Shown here in pieces: positions 48,008-57,981 of a DNA stretch of 64,000 nucleotides. The DNA is from an uncultured Pirellulales bacterium (GTDB taxonomy: Bacteria > Planctomycetota > Phycisphaerae > Sedimentisphaerales > SM23-30): contig CAYZXY010000001.1 of assembly GCA_964482555.1 (NCBI GenBank), positions 5,915 to 69,914 of the forward strand, written 5' to 3'. Both the position numbers and the translations under genes were made by a program. Within the stretch, counting starts at the first letter, position 1. The number at the start of each line of letters is the position of its first letter. Under the pieces are notes generated by a model. That model was given only the letters and a program-made list of their open reading frames with translations. It had not been told where the DNA came from and did not search any database.

Positions 48008-49459
48008 ATGAATATCGTATTTCTGAACGGCCCATTTCGCGGTCTGCCCTATTCCCGCAGCAGCCGCTCACCGGCGGTGACCAAGAGCGGCACGCTCTAT
48101 TATCCGCTCTGGCTGGCGTATGCCGCGGGCTATGCGGCTCGTTCACAACCGTTTAACGTTGATCTCATCGATGCGGTTGCCCGCGGCTGGCAAATCGGCG
48201 ATGTCACATATTATCTTCGGGCCAATCCCCCAGCAATGATATTCTGCGACACCTCAACCCCAAGCATATCCGAAGACCTGCGCACCGCCAGCAGTCTCAA
48301 AACGGCATTCCCTGAAACATCGGTCTTTCTGGTCGGTACGCATGCAACTGCCTGTGCCGAGGATTTACTGCGTAACCACCCTTTTCTGGACGGCATTGTC
48401 CGGGGAGAATATGACCAGACCTGTGTCGATCTGGCGATCAACAGGCGAGACGGGGGAAGCCGGGAGCATATCGCCGGGTTTTCGTTCCGACGGGAGGGGC
48501 AAATTGTCCACAACCATGACCGGGAGCTGCTCCTCGATCTCGACAGACTGCCCTGGGCGGGCGAAATTTACCGGCAGTATCTGAACGTTAACGATTATTT
48601 CTTCGCAGCGGCCCGGTTCCCCATGCTGATGACCATCACCTCGCGCGGCTGTCTGCATCGCTGCCGCTGGTGTCTGTATCCGCAGGTCATGCACCGGGGG
48701 AAATATCGCATGCGCTCCGCGGAAAACGTCGCGGCAGAGTTCGCGTGGGTCGCGGAGGAGATGCCGGAAATCAAGGAAATCGGCATCGAAGATGATCTCT
48801 TTACAGGCGACAAGAACCGGCTACGGAACATCTGCGAGCGTCTTATCCGTCAGAGAAATACCTTGCCGTTCTGGTGCGATACCCGTGTGGATCTGGATTA
48901 TGAGACTATGCGATTGATGAAATCCGCGGGCTGCCGGCTGTTGATAGCCGGTTTTGAGAGCGGCAGCCAGAGCATTCTGGATAGCATTAACAAAAAAACT
49001 CATGTTGATCAGGGCCGTGAATTTATGGCCAATGCGCGGCGGGCGGGTCTGCTGGTGCATGGCTGCTTTGTGGTGGGCAACCCCGGCGAAACCCGGGAAA
49101 CCATGCAGGATACACTGCGACTGGCCAAGCAACTCAATCCCGATACGGTGCAGTTTTTTCCCATGATCGTTTATCCCGGAACGCAGTTATATGACTGGTC
49201 GCGGGAGCAGGGGTATCTGCGAACGAACGATTACGAGCACTGGTTGACCGCTGAGGGGCTGCATAACTGCACGGTCGATCTGCCGGGACTGCAGGGTGAA
49301 GAAATTCTGCGATTCTGCAACCATGCCCGGCGCGACTATTATCTTCGCAGAAAGTATCTGTTCCGTAAGCTTGGACAGTCGCTGACAAATTATCATGAAG
49401 CCAAACGGAACGTCAAAGCCTTCCGCACTTTCGCCCGCCACCTGGTAAAGACATCATGA
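48008..49459 (+). CDS. B12-binding-domain radical SAM protein (class B rSAM)
   Basis: 483-aa ORF. N-terminal Rossmann-like B12 domain, then SRGCLHRCRWCLYP (CxxxCxxC). Confidence 0.8.
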   Translation: MNIVFLNGPFRGLPYSRSSRSPAVTKSGTLYYPLWLAYAAGYAARSQPFNVDLIDAVARGWQIGDVTYYLRANPPAMIFCDTSTPSISEDLRTASSLKTAFPETSVFLVGTHATACAEDLLRNHPFLDGIVRGEYDQTCVDLAINRRDGGSREHIAGFSFRREGQIVHNHDRELLLDLDRLPWAGEIYRQYLNVNDYFFAAARFPMLMTITSRGCLHRCRWCLYPQVMHRGKYRMRSAENVAAEFAWVAEEMPEIKEIGIEDDLFTGDKNRLRNICERLIRQRNTLPFWCDTRVDLDYETMRLMKSAGCRLLIAGFESGSQSILDSINKKTHVDQGREFMANARRAGLLVHGCFVVGNPGETRETMQDTLRLAKQLNPDTVQFFPMIVYPGTQLYDWSREQGYLRTNDYEHWLTAEGLHNCTVDLPGLQGEEILRFCNHARRDYYLRRKYLFRKLGQSLTNYHEAKRNVKAFRTFARHLVKTS

Positions 49460-50379
49460 CCATCGTTGCTGTTGACAAACCATCATTTTCCGTTGTGCCG
49501 GAAATCGCCTGGGAGCGGATTGCGTGCAATCTGTGCGGTTCGGACAAAACCCGACCGTATCATCGGGAAACCCTGCCCTATTTTGACCGCAAGCTCACAT
49601 TCGACATTGTCAAATGCCGGGTCTGCGGGCTGGTCTATACCAATCCGCGGCTGGTGGATTATAACGCGCCTTATTTATATGAATCGGATAGCAGCCATGC
49701 AAACTACGCCGAACATGATAAAGCCAAACAGCCAGTTTTTCTGGCGGCGCTGGCACGAATCACAGGTTTGCTGGCAAATAAGAACGAAGGGAAACTTGCA
49801 AAATTATTGGACATCGGATGCGGTTCCGGCTTTTTTTTGCACCTGGCACGGAAGAAGCACTTCCAGGTGAGCGGTATAGAACCCGCCGGGGCGTTCGCCC
49901 ATTTCGCGATGGAATATTACGGATTGCCCGTTGAGCAGTCGGATATTTATGAGGCAAGGCTGCCGGAAAATGAATTTGACGTCATTACGGCATGGGATGT
50001 CATCGAGCACGTTCCCGATCCGCGGCTTTTTCTCAGACAATGCCGACAATGGCTCCGGCCCGGCGGCATCATGGCGTTGCGTTTTCCCGGCGACCGCTGG
50101 CAGAAAATAAAGGGTTTTCTGCTGCATCAGGTGCTGGGGTCGGAGCGGGCGGCTTTTGGTCCGACCATGCATCTGTATTTTTTCAATGAACAGACCTTCA
50201 GGAAGTTGGCCGAACAGGCCGGTCTGCAATTGATTCATTTTCAGACCACGCCCACAGAAAACAATGCCGGCTCACCCGCGATTAACCGTTTGAAAACGCT
50301 CAGCCACAAGGTATTGCGTGCGGTGGAATCGGTCAGCGGCCGAACGCTGGGCAACCTGGAAGTCTATTGCCGAAAGTAA
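49456..50379 (+). CDS. class I SAM-dependent methyltransferase with an N-terminal Cys4 zinc-ribbon
   Basis: 307-aa ORF with CNLCGS...CRVCGLVYTNP followed by LLDIGCGSGFFL. Its ATG overlaps the rSAM stop (ATGA). Confidence 0.75.
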   Translation: MTIVAVDKPSFSVVPEIAWERIACNLCGSDKTRPYHRETLPYFDRKLTFDIVKCRVCGLVYTNPRLVDYNAPYLYESDSSHANYAEHDKAKQPVFLAALARITGLLANKNEGKLAKLLDIGCGSGFFLHLARKKHFQVSGIEPAGAFAHFAMEYYGLPVEQSDIYEARLPENEFDVITAWDVIEHVPDPRLFLRQCRQWLRPGGIMALRFPGDRWQKIKGFLLHQVLGSERAAFGPTMHLYFFNEQTFRKLAEQAGLQLIHFQTTPTENNAGSPAINRLKTLSHKVLRAVESVSGRTLGNLEVYCRK

Positions 50380-50454
50380 AAAATGTTCTTAATTGCGACT
50401 CATTAAATGACGACAAAACAGGGGAACGAACTCGAGATGTTAAGGTAATCTTTT

Positions 50455-51654
50455 ATGGGCGATACGGCTCAGACAATCTGGAAAATCATCTTCTGGCTCT
50501 GCCTGGGAGCGACAGTCTATACCTATTTTCTCTACCCGCTACTGATTTATATTATCGGACGAATGACGCTGCTGGTCCGCGTTTTTAAGGCGAACCGAGG
50601 GGTATCTGAGATGTTTCCGATTGCCGAGGCGGATCTGCCGACGGTAACGATGGTCATCAGCGCGTTCAATGAGGAAAACGTCCTGCCGGAGAAAATCGCC
50701 AATTGCCTTGCGCTGGATTATCCACGGGGCAAACTAAACTTTCTCATCGGCTCGGATGGATCAACGGATAGGACCGGGGCCATTCTGGAAACGATACAAA
50801 ATGATCGTTTTCATACATTGCATAATCAATACCGCTCAGGTAAAGTTCGGATGCTGAACCAGCTGATGCCGATGGTCAAAAGCGATATTGTCGTTTTTTC
50901 CGATGCCAATACGCTCTTCAGGACCGACGCGGTACGCCGGCTGATCCAGCATTTTCGTGAACCGCGTATCGGGTGTGTGAACGGCAAACTCGAACTGGTG
51001 TCCGCCGAAGGCAATCCGGATACCTGTCAACCGGAAGGGCTTTACTGGCGCTATGAAAACTGGATCAAGCAGAAGGAAAGTCATCTGGGCGTGGTGCCGA
51101 CAATCAATGGCGGTATCTTTGCGATACGTCGGCACTTGTTCCAGAAGCTGCCGGACAATGCCGTCACTGAAGACCAGGTTCAGGGCATGAAGATCATGAC
51201 GCAGGGGTATCGCTGTAAGTTTGCGGATGATGCCCATGCGAGCGAGACGATTTCAAGCTGGACGGGCGAACTGCGGCGGCGTATCCGCATCAGCGCGGGA
51301 AATTTCCAGTCGCTGCTGCTGGTACCGAAGATTCTCGATCCGCGGTGCGGATGGGTCAGTTTCTGTTTCATCAGTCATAAACTGTTGCGCTGGCTGGTGC
51401 CGTTTTTCCTGGCGGGGATTCTGACGGCGAATCTGATACTGGCGGGTCAGCCCTTTTATGGCAGTACACTGCTGCTGCAGAGCGTCTTTTATCTGACAGG
51501 GATAATCGGCACGATTTTGCCGAAACTGGGCTCCGCGTTCAAGATTCTCAGCGTACCGAAATATTTCATTACGATGAATATCGCGATTTTCCTGGGGCTC
51601 ACGCGATTTCTGGCCGGCCGTCAACAGGTCACCTGGAAAAAAGCTGCACGATAA
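50455..51654 (+). CDS. membrane-integrated family 2 glycosyltransferase (processive synthase-like)
   Basis: 399-aa ORF with VISAFNEE, GSDGSTD, FSDANT, TEDQ and a QxxRxxF-like GYRCKF. It has an N-terminal TM helix and 3-4 C-terminal TM helices. Confidence 0.8.
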   Translation: MGDTAQTIWKIIFWLCLGATVYTYFLYPLLIYIIGRMTLLVRVFKANRGVSEMFPIAEADLPTVTMVISAFNEENVLPEKIANCLALDYPRGKLNFLIGSDGSTDRTGAILETIQNDRFHTLHNQYRSGKVRMLNQLMPMVKSDIVVFSDANTLFRTDAVRRLIQHFREPRIGCVNGKLELVSAEGNPDTCQPEGLYWRYENWIKQKESHLGVVPTINGGIFAIRRHLFQKLPDNAVTEDQVQGMKIMTQGYRCKFADDAHASETISSWTGELRRRIRISAGNFQSLLLVPKILDPRCGWVSFCFISHKLLRWLVPFFLAGILTANLILAGQPFYGSTLLLQSVFYLTGIIGTILPKLGSAFKILSVPKYFITMNIAIFLGLTRFLAGRQQVTWKKAAR

Positions 51655-51724
51655 CCGACCTGTCATCAGCGATAAATCAAGCCATTCCTTTAATCCGTCA
51701 TAGCCGGAAATCCGAACACGGTCT

Positions 51725-54700
51725 TTATTCCCTCCTGAGCAAACGGTAGATCGGATTTTCACGGCCGAGTTCGTCGATACCGGCATTTCGGGTTTCCATA
51801 CCGATCATAAATCGGCCGACAATGAAGCTGTGGGTTTCAAAAATGGGAATGCGCAGGATTTCGCGGGAACCCTCGAAACGACCGCCGCGTTCGATACTGA
51901 CCAGAGCGCCGACGATATAATCCGCCTCGGAAACCGGCAATCGCTCACCCCGCCGATGACGTTCGAGCAATCCTTCCAGACCGGCGATGCGGTCCTGTAA
52001 GCGTTGCCGCCAGCGTTCTTCGAGTTTAGCGCCTTCAGCAGAGAGCTTCTCCCGGTCCTGCCGCAGATCGCCGCGAATCATTTCAATAACACGTTCATAT
52101 TTGTCCGGGTCGTCCACGGCTTCGTTCATGCCGTTGATATAAATATTGTAACGTTTGCCGTTAAAGACCATGTGGTTTTGCTTGCGGCCGTCTCCAAAAC
52201 TTTCATAATCGTTCGTCATGCGTTTCCATGGGTATTCGACCAGTTCCAGGCCCGGAAACACGCGAATCATCCAGCCGGGACCGCCGGGACCGAACAGCAT
52301 GCCGCCGTTGCAGGTTGTCGTGCCTGTGCCTTTCCAGTCGCAGCGGCCCGCGAACAGACATCGCATTTCAGCGGTCATATCGAAACGCTGACTGAGCCGG
52401 CCGCTGATTTCCATGCCGGGGAACTCGCTTTCGACCAGCGGCGCGATCGCCTCATCGGCAGCGATGACGCGGGCAAGCCGCTGATAGCGGGCCTGTCCGC
52501 CGGGCACGGTCAGGTCGAACGTATAATGTTCCTCCAGAACCCCGCCGTTCAGAGCGGCCGTCAGATCAATCCGGCCCAGCCCTTCCGTTAAGCCGAATTC
52601 GCAAAGGAGCCGGTCCGGCTCGATCATCGCGCCGCTGACCTTATCATAAAATCGCAGCCGGTCCACCTGCAGCGACCCCGTGATGTCGGCGCGGGCCCAG
52701 GTCGCCAGAACATCGTCGTATTCACAAGTTTCCGTATCAGCAGCCGGACGGGCGGCGGCATTAGGCTCAGCGGGCGAACTCGATAATCGCTCAACCACAG
52801 ACTTGATAATCGCGGTCAGCTCTTCGATATCCAGCGTATGACTGATCATGTCAAGTCGGCCGCGGGGAACGCGATTGGGATCGAGAATCCGGGGACAGCA
52901 AAAGGCCGGATCGCGCAGCTCGCCGACCAGCGTCAGGTCGCTGTTGCCCAGTTTGATATCAGCGGTATCGACATGCATCAGATCCGGTTCAACAAGCAGA
53001 TTATCCACCCGCAGCGCCAATGGTTTCTCCTGCCACAGAGCCTGGAGGTCGGCATTGGCGCTGACCCGCCCCAGACGAACTTTCGGCGCTGGTGTTGAGT
53101 CGCCGGTAACGGTGAAAAACAACGACAGCGATCCGCGCGGATCGGCAAAAAGAATATCGCTGACATCTTCGGCGGCAAACCAGCGATACAGCTCAGCCAG
53201 TTCATCGATCTGAACCGTAACCTCCGCCGCGAAATGGTCCCACGGCATTTGACTGTCCCCTTTATGCCAATGACTCATTTTCACATTCTGTACAGCCCCG
53301 AAAGCGCCCACTTGAGCATGCGGCAGATCAAGAGTGCCTCGCTCGATAATCAGGTCCCGGCCGCCCTGCGTCGAACGCAAAGTAGCGTTTAACGCCAGAG
53401 CATCGCCCAAAGGTTTATGAAGCCTTACTCCCGCGCTCGCCGACGATGCGACAATTTCCATCTCCCTCAGATCAACGCCGGCATTACCCGCCCAGACGTT
53501 CGAACGCCTGTCCCAGTTCCAGTCCAGATAATACGTTGTTCGGCCCTCCATTTTCTCTATGCCCGGAGAAACGGGATTCACATCCAGAAAACGGCGCCAT
53601 CGTTCATGCCCGGCAAGATAACCGGCGGCGGTAAGCCGAATCTTCGCGACAGTCATCAGCCGGCTGATATCCAGACTATCGCGCACCTGCCGTAACAGCG
53701 GCAGCTTGCCGTTGGGCCAGGCAGCAGGAAAATCACCCGCCGCCCAGAAATCAAGCCGGGAGCCGCACCAGTCAATTCGCCCCTCTTGCAGTTCCAACCG
53801 ACACGGCTGCAGCGACAGCCACGGCAGTGCCAGCGGATTAAAACGTGTGCCGGGATTGTTCTTCTGGTACATCTTGACATGAAACCGGGCCGGTTCGCCG
53901 CTGGTCTTGTGCCATTGATACATCGCATCGTCTGATGCAATCCCGGTATTGATTATCCGAAACGCCATATCCGTGCCGTCGCCGGTCAGCGCCATCCGCC
54001 AACCGAACGGCTGCCGCTGCAAAGCGCCGTCGAACCGCACCGCTCCCCGCAAGTCCCGACACGCCAATACGTCTCCCGTTAATGATGACAACGTTGCCAC
54101 ACCTTCCGGCAGGAATTCAGCCGCTTCTTCAAGCCCCTCGCCCTTGAACGTAAAAGTCAGCCGGCAAGGATCAGGCATGCCTTTCGGCGGCGACCAGCCC
54201 GGATCATATTGCCCCGCTCCGGACAACTCAGCCGTCAAACGGTCCAGCCTGACAGTGGACTCGCACTGCCAGTCGCGAGTCGGCTTATCGGCATTGATAT
54301 CAATTGCAACAAATCCTTCGACTCCCGCCGGCTTATCGAGCCAGAATACGTCAAGATCTTTTCCAACAGGCTTCGTTTCGCTTAGCATCTTTTTAATCCG
54401 CAAATCCAGCTCGTCACCCGCGAATATAAAATGACCCCGGAAGCGCTCTTTCGCATCCAGCACCCGCATAACGCCGCTGCAGCTTCCCTCCGGCATAATG
54501 CCATTCTCCCGCAGCCACAGATCCACATCCGGCATGGTGTTCAGCAGTTTTGCAACCTCCCGGATCTGCCACTCCGCACTCACTTCATAATGCCCATCCC
54601 TCCCGTTGAATTCACCACCGACGGTCGTATCCTCCAGAACGAAGGTATATGTCCCCTGTTGGCTCATGCCGTTCATGTTTCCGGAAACAGCAAGCGTCAT

Positions 54701-55942
54701 CGCCTGTCCGGAGATTTTGTGCCATCGAAATGTCTGGCCATTCACTCTGAAGCCCGACAAAGCCAGCCCGGTAGCATCCATCTCAAGATAACCATCTACC
54801 ACACTGGGGTTGGTAATCCGGCATTGTCCGCTCAAAGCCACTTTACCGCCGTCCCCAATGACATACTCATTCGTTTTTCCCAGCACCGGCATCATCTCCA
54901 GCAGCGGCCGCGGTTCGATAACGGCTCCAACCAGCGTCACTGCCAGCGGGCCCGACTGCTCTTCATTTAATGGATAATCGGCGCGGCATCGCATCTCAAC
55001 GCCCGGCCCGCGGACATCCAGCTCCTCTAACTGCACTCGCCAGTCCGTTCCCTGCGCCGACGCCAGCACGACCCCCCGCACTACGAAATCATGCAGTGAA
55101 AAATCACCTTCCTTTGTACCGACCGCTGCCAGCTCCTGCACCCGGCATGCCCCCCGCAGCTGCGACAACATATAATCCCGTACCTCCACCGTCACTTCCA
55201 GCGAGGCCCGCCCTTGCATAAGGGAAAAAAACGGCATTTCATGCGAGAATAAACGCCCCACAATTCGATTACTGACATGCGCCGCGCTGTACTGCTCCAG
55301 GTCCATATCGGAAATAATGATACTCCCGGAGCCTGTGCCGTTTTCCTCGATTTCACCCTTAGTGGTCATGCTCATTCCCGGACTGGCCTCGCTGTAGCCC
55401 TGCGCCTGCCATTGCATGTCCCCTTCCAGTCCACGAAAAAGTTCAACATCCCGCAAAGTAAACTTACTGACCGGCAGCAGCGGTGCCGCCATATCGCTGA
55501 ACCAGAGATTCACACTGTCTGCTTTGAGACGAAACGGCTCCGATTCCGTTTCCGGCAAATCAGTGATATTTATCTGGCCATCCTCTCCTGTCACAATATG
55601 AAGGTCAGCGCTCTGCACCACGATTTCATTGACCTTCTTTTTCAGAATATCCCCCGGACGCAGCGGCATGGTCACACCATTTAAATGCAGCAGCGGCCCC
55701 GTGCCATACATCGGCTTTTTTTCCAGGACGGCATACTCAATATAAACCCCCTCATCCCAACTCATCTCCAGCCCGCCAATACTGACCGCCCGGTCAAACT
55801 GACGGCTCAAATGGTCGGCCACCAACGCGCTCACCAGTTTTTTGGGCAGCCACCACGGCAGCAGCAGCCAGGCCGCCACTGAGAAAATTGACAGAATCAG
55901 TACTGTAATTCCTGCCCTGATTAACAATTTACTTTTTTTCAT
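51725..55942 (-). CDS. very large N-terminally anchored envelope protein, AsmA/TamB-like
   Basis: 1405-aa ORF. It has a single N-terminal TM helix followed by LVADHLSRQFDRAVSIGGLEMSW, which resembles AsmA-family N-termini. The rest was not recognised. Confidence 0.4.
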   Translation of the reverse strand: MKKSKLLIRAGITVLILSIFSVAAWLLLPWWLPKKLVSALVADHLSRQFDRAVSIGGLEMSWDEGVYIEYAVLEKKPMYGTGPLLHLNGVTMPLRPGDILKKKVNEIVVQSADLHIVTGEDGQINITDLPETESEPFRLKADSVNLWFSDMAAPLLPVSKFTLRDVELFRGLEGDMQWQAQGYSEASPGMSMTTKGEIEENGTGSGSIIISDMDLEQYSAAHVSNRIVGRLFSHEMPFFSLMQGRASLEVTVEVRDYMLSQLRGACRVQELAAVGTKEGDFSLHDFVVRGVVLASAQGTDWRVQLEELDVRGPGVEMRCRADYPLNEEQSGPLAVTLVGAVIEPRPLLEMMPVLGKTNEYVIGDGGKVALSGQCRITNPSVVDGYLEMDATGLALSGFRVNGQTFRWHKISGQAMTLAVSGNMNGMSQQGTYTFVLEDTTVGGEFNGRDGHYEVSAEWQIREVAKLLNTMPDVDLWLRENGIMPEGSCSGVMRVLDAKERFRGHFIFAGDELDLRIKKMLSETKPVGKDLDVFWLDKPAGVEGFVAIDINADKPTRDWQCESTVRLDRLTAELSGAGQYDPGWSPPKGMPDPCRLTFTFKGEGLEEAAEFLPEGVATLSSLTGDVLACRDLRGAVRFDGALQRQPFGWRMALTGDGTDMAFRIINTGIASDDAMYQWHKTSGEPARFHVKMYQKNNPGTRFNPLALPWLSLQPCRLELQEGRIDWCGSRLDFWAAGDFPAAWPNGKLPLLRQVRDSLDISRLMTVAKIRLTAAGYLAGHERWRRFLDVNPVSPGIEKMEGRTTYYLDWNWDRRSNVWAGNAGVDLREMEIVASSASAGVRLHKPLGDALALNATLRSTQGGRDLIIERGTLDLPHAQVGAFGAVQNVKMSHWHKGDSQMPWDHFAAEVTVQIDELAELYRWFAAEDVSDILFADPRGSLSLFFTVTGDSTPAPKVRLGRVSANADLQALWQEKPLALRVDNLLVEPDLMHVDTADIKLGNSDLTLVGELRDPAFCCPRILDPNRVPRGRLDMISHTLDIEELTAIIKSVVERLSSSPAEPNAAARPAADTETCEYDDVLATWARADITGSLQVDRLRFYDKVSGAMIEPDRLLCEFGLTEGLGRIDLTAALNGGVLEEHYTFDLTVPGGQARYQRLARVIAADEAIAPLVESEFPGMEISGRLSQRFDMTAEMRCLFAGRCDWKGTGTTTCNGGMLFGPGGPGWMIRVFPGLELVEYPWKRMTNDYESFGDGRKQNHMVFNGKRYNIYINGMNEAVDDPDKYERVIEMIRGDLRQDREKLSAEGAKLEERWRQRLQDRIAGLEGLLERHRRGERLPVSEADYIVGALVSIERGGRFEGSREILRIPIFETHSFIVGRFMIGMETRNAGIDELGRENPIYRLLRRE

Positions 55943-56868
55943 GATTCTATAATTTTAGACATACCTGCGGAATCATTCAATATTGAATAAAGTATACCAT
56001 CTCACAAAACCATCTGGGCGTACCGTTGGCGATTGCAACAAGAACTCATCGATAAATAAGTTTTAAGTCCGATATAGTATCACTCTTGTCCAAGATAAGT
56101 TTTAATCGGAGTACCAGAGGCACTCTAAAAGCTTGATAATCTGCCAATTATAGGCACTTACGAGCTAATTTATGATTCTTTTGTTTTGGACAGCATAATG
56201 AATAACCTGAACCTGAAAATGCCGAAATCCGTCCTAAATGCCTTATTGATAGCTTATTATGGACGTTTTTTATGCTTCATATTTTTATCTTGGACAGCAA
56301 TGATATAGTATATAAAACTAAGGATAATAAATACATGTTCATATTTCATACCTTGATTCACTTTAATCGCCAGAACAATAATTAACGCTCTAAGTTTAGT
56401 TATTATGTTCGCATAGAACCATCGGCCGCATCGTTCATGCGCGGGCGGACCTGGTGCTTTTGTATCATATAACCCCATAATATTGGGGACATTTATTTTA
56501 ATTTTTCTTATTACCGGTACCATTTTTCCTCCACGTCGGTTTAATACACCCAATCGGGTAAAAATTTCAGACAAGTCCGAATCTAACCGTTTTCTGTGTA
56601 AGTAGTTATGACTAATAAAAACCGGATAACTCACTTAGAGACCGCATAATAAATACGACTTCAATGCTCCAACCAAGCCGATGAATTCAGGATTAGTGCA
56701 CTTTCATAATAAATTAATGGTTTTATGCATATAAGGGACATATAACTAATGTTATCATTTTATATTTGTCCCTGTTTTTATGGCCGCTAAATTCGATATC
56801 CATACTGACCAATATACATATAATCTTTTGCGTAAACTATTTATCTTATTTAAATTAAACCATTATCG

Positions 56869-56888
56869 AGTGCGATTTCACACTTTTT
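56869..56888 (+). terminator. orphan terminator-like hairpin, near-copy of the 47620 terminator
   Basis: AGTGCGA-TT-TCACACT followed by TTTTT. About 24 nt are nearly identical to 47618-47641. No annotated plus-strand gene lies upstream. Confidence 0.35.
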
Positions 56889-57109
56889 ATGGTGATAACA
56901 TTTTTTAGGAAAAGGCTAACCTCGAATATATAAAAAATATCACCATTATGTGAGTAATGGACAAGATAATCCTTGCAATCTGACATAAATCGTGTTTAAT
57001 AATATGGGTTTGAGACAGGCACAGAGATCGGTGAAACGAAAAATTTTGATAACAGCGACAGTCGCCGTATTGTCTGTTTTAGATATGTATATATAACGTT
57101 TTAGTTGCA

Positions 57110-57967
57110 ATGCATGACAACACACAACTTTTTAAATGGATGGAACAAAAAATGGCATTTGCAAAAGTACAAAAATTTGGCGTGAACCCTACGCAAGTCA
57201 GAGACACAAATCATTATGTACATGAGTATGTAGAAACCCTGGTAGAAAAATGGGATCAGTTGATCGACTGGGATTCCCGGTCCGAAAGCGAAGGACAATT
57301 TTTCATTGAACAACTGCGCAATCGCGGCGTGAAAAATGTGCTTGACGTCGCGACGGGCACAGGATTCCATTCCGTCAAACTGCTCGAAGCGGGCTTTAAT
57401 GTGGTCAGCGCCGACGGCAGCCCCCAGATGCTCACCAAAGCCTTCGAAAACGCCAAAAGACGCGGACATATTCTGCGCACGGTCCAGGCGGACTGGCGCT
57501 GGCTGAACCGCGACATACATGGCGAGTTCGATGCGGTCATCTGTCTGGGTAATTCGTTCACACATCTTTTCTGCGAGCGCGACCGGCGGAAAGCGCTGGC
57601 GGAATATTATGCCGCCCTTAAACACGACGGTATTCTGATTCTCGATCAGCGGAATTACGATTCCATACTGGACAACGGCTTTTCCAGCAAACATACCTAT
57701 TACTATTGCGGCGATCAGGTAATCGCCGAGCCCGAACATATCGATGAAGGGCTGGCGCGTTTCGTGTATAAGTTCCCGGACGATAGCACGTATCATTTGA
57801 ACATGTTCCCGCTGCGCAAAGAATATACTCGCCGCTTGATGCAGGAAGTCGGCTTCCAGCAGATAGAGACTTACGGCGATTTCAAGGAAACATATCGCCT
57901 TGACGACCCGGACTTTTATATCCATATCGCAGAAAAAATATATTTTGAAGACTCATCCTGCAAATAG
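57110..57967 (+). CDS. glycine/sarcosine N-methyltransferase
   Basis: 285-aa ORF. VRDTNHYVHEYVETLVEKWDQLIDWDSRSESEGQFFIEQL...VLDVATGTGFHSVKLLEAGFNVVSADGSPQML...ILRTVQADWRWLNRDIHGEFDAVICLGNSFTHL closely follows the GSMT sequences of halophilic bacteria and cyanobacteria, as recalled from memory. Confidence 0.85.
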   Translation: MHDNTQLFKWMEQKMAFAKVQKFGVNPTQVRDTNHYVHEYVETLVEKWDQLIDWDSRSESEGQFFIEQLRNRGVKNVLDVATGTGFHSVKLLEAGFNVVSADGSPQMLTKAFENAKRRGHILRTVQADWRWLNRDIHGEFDAVICLGNSFTHLFCERDRRKALAEYYAALKHDGILILDQRNYDSILDNGFSSKHTYYYCGDQVIAEPEHIDEGLARFVYKFPDDSTYHLNMFPLRKEYTRRLMQEVGFQQIETYGDFKETYRLDDPDFYIHIAEKIYFEDSSCK

Positions 57968-57981
57968 TAAGAGAGGCGTTT

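Noticed and set aside
56257-56634. 125-aa minus-strand ORF in the AT-rich gap
   Set aside because: It has no recognisable family or SD sequence, and its composition simply reflects AT-rich DNA. It is kept only as a note in the finding on the gap.
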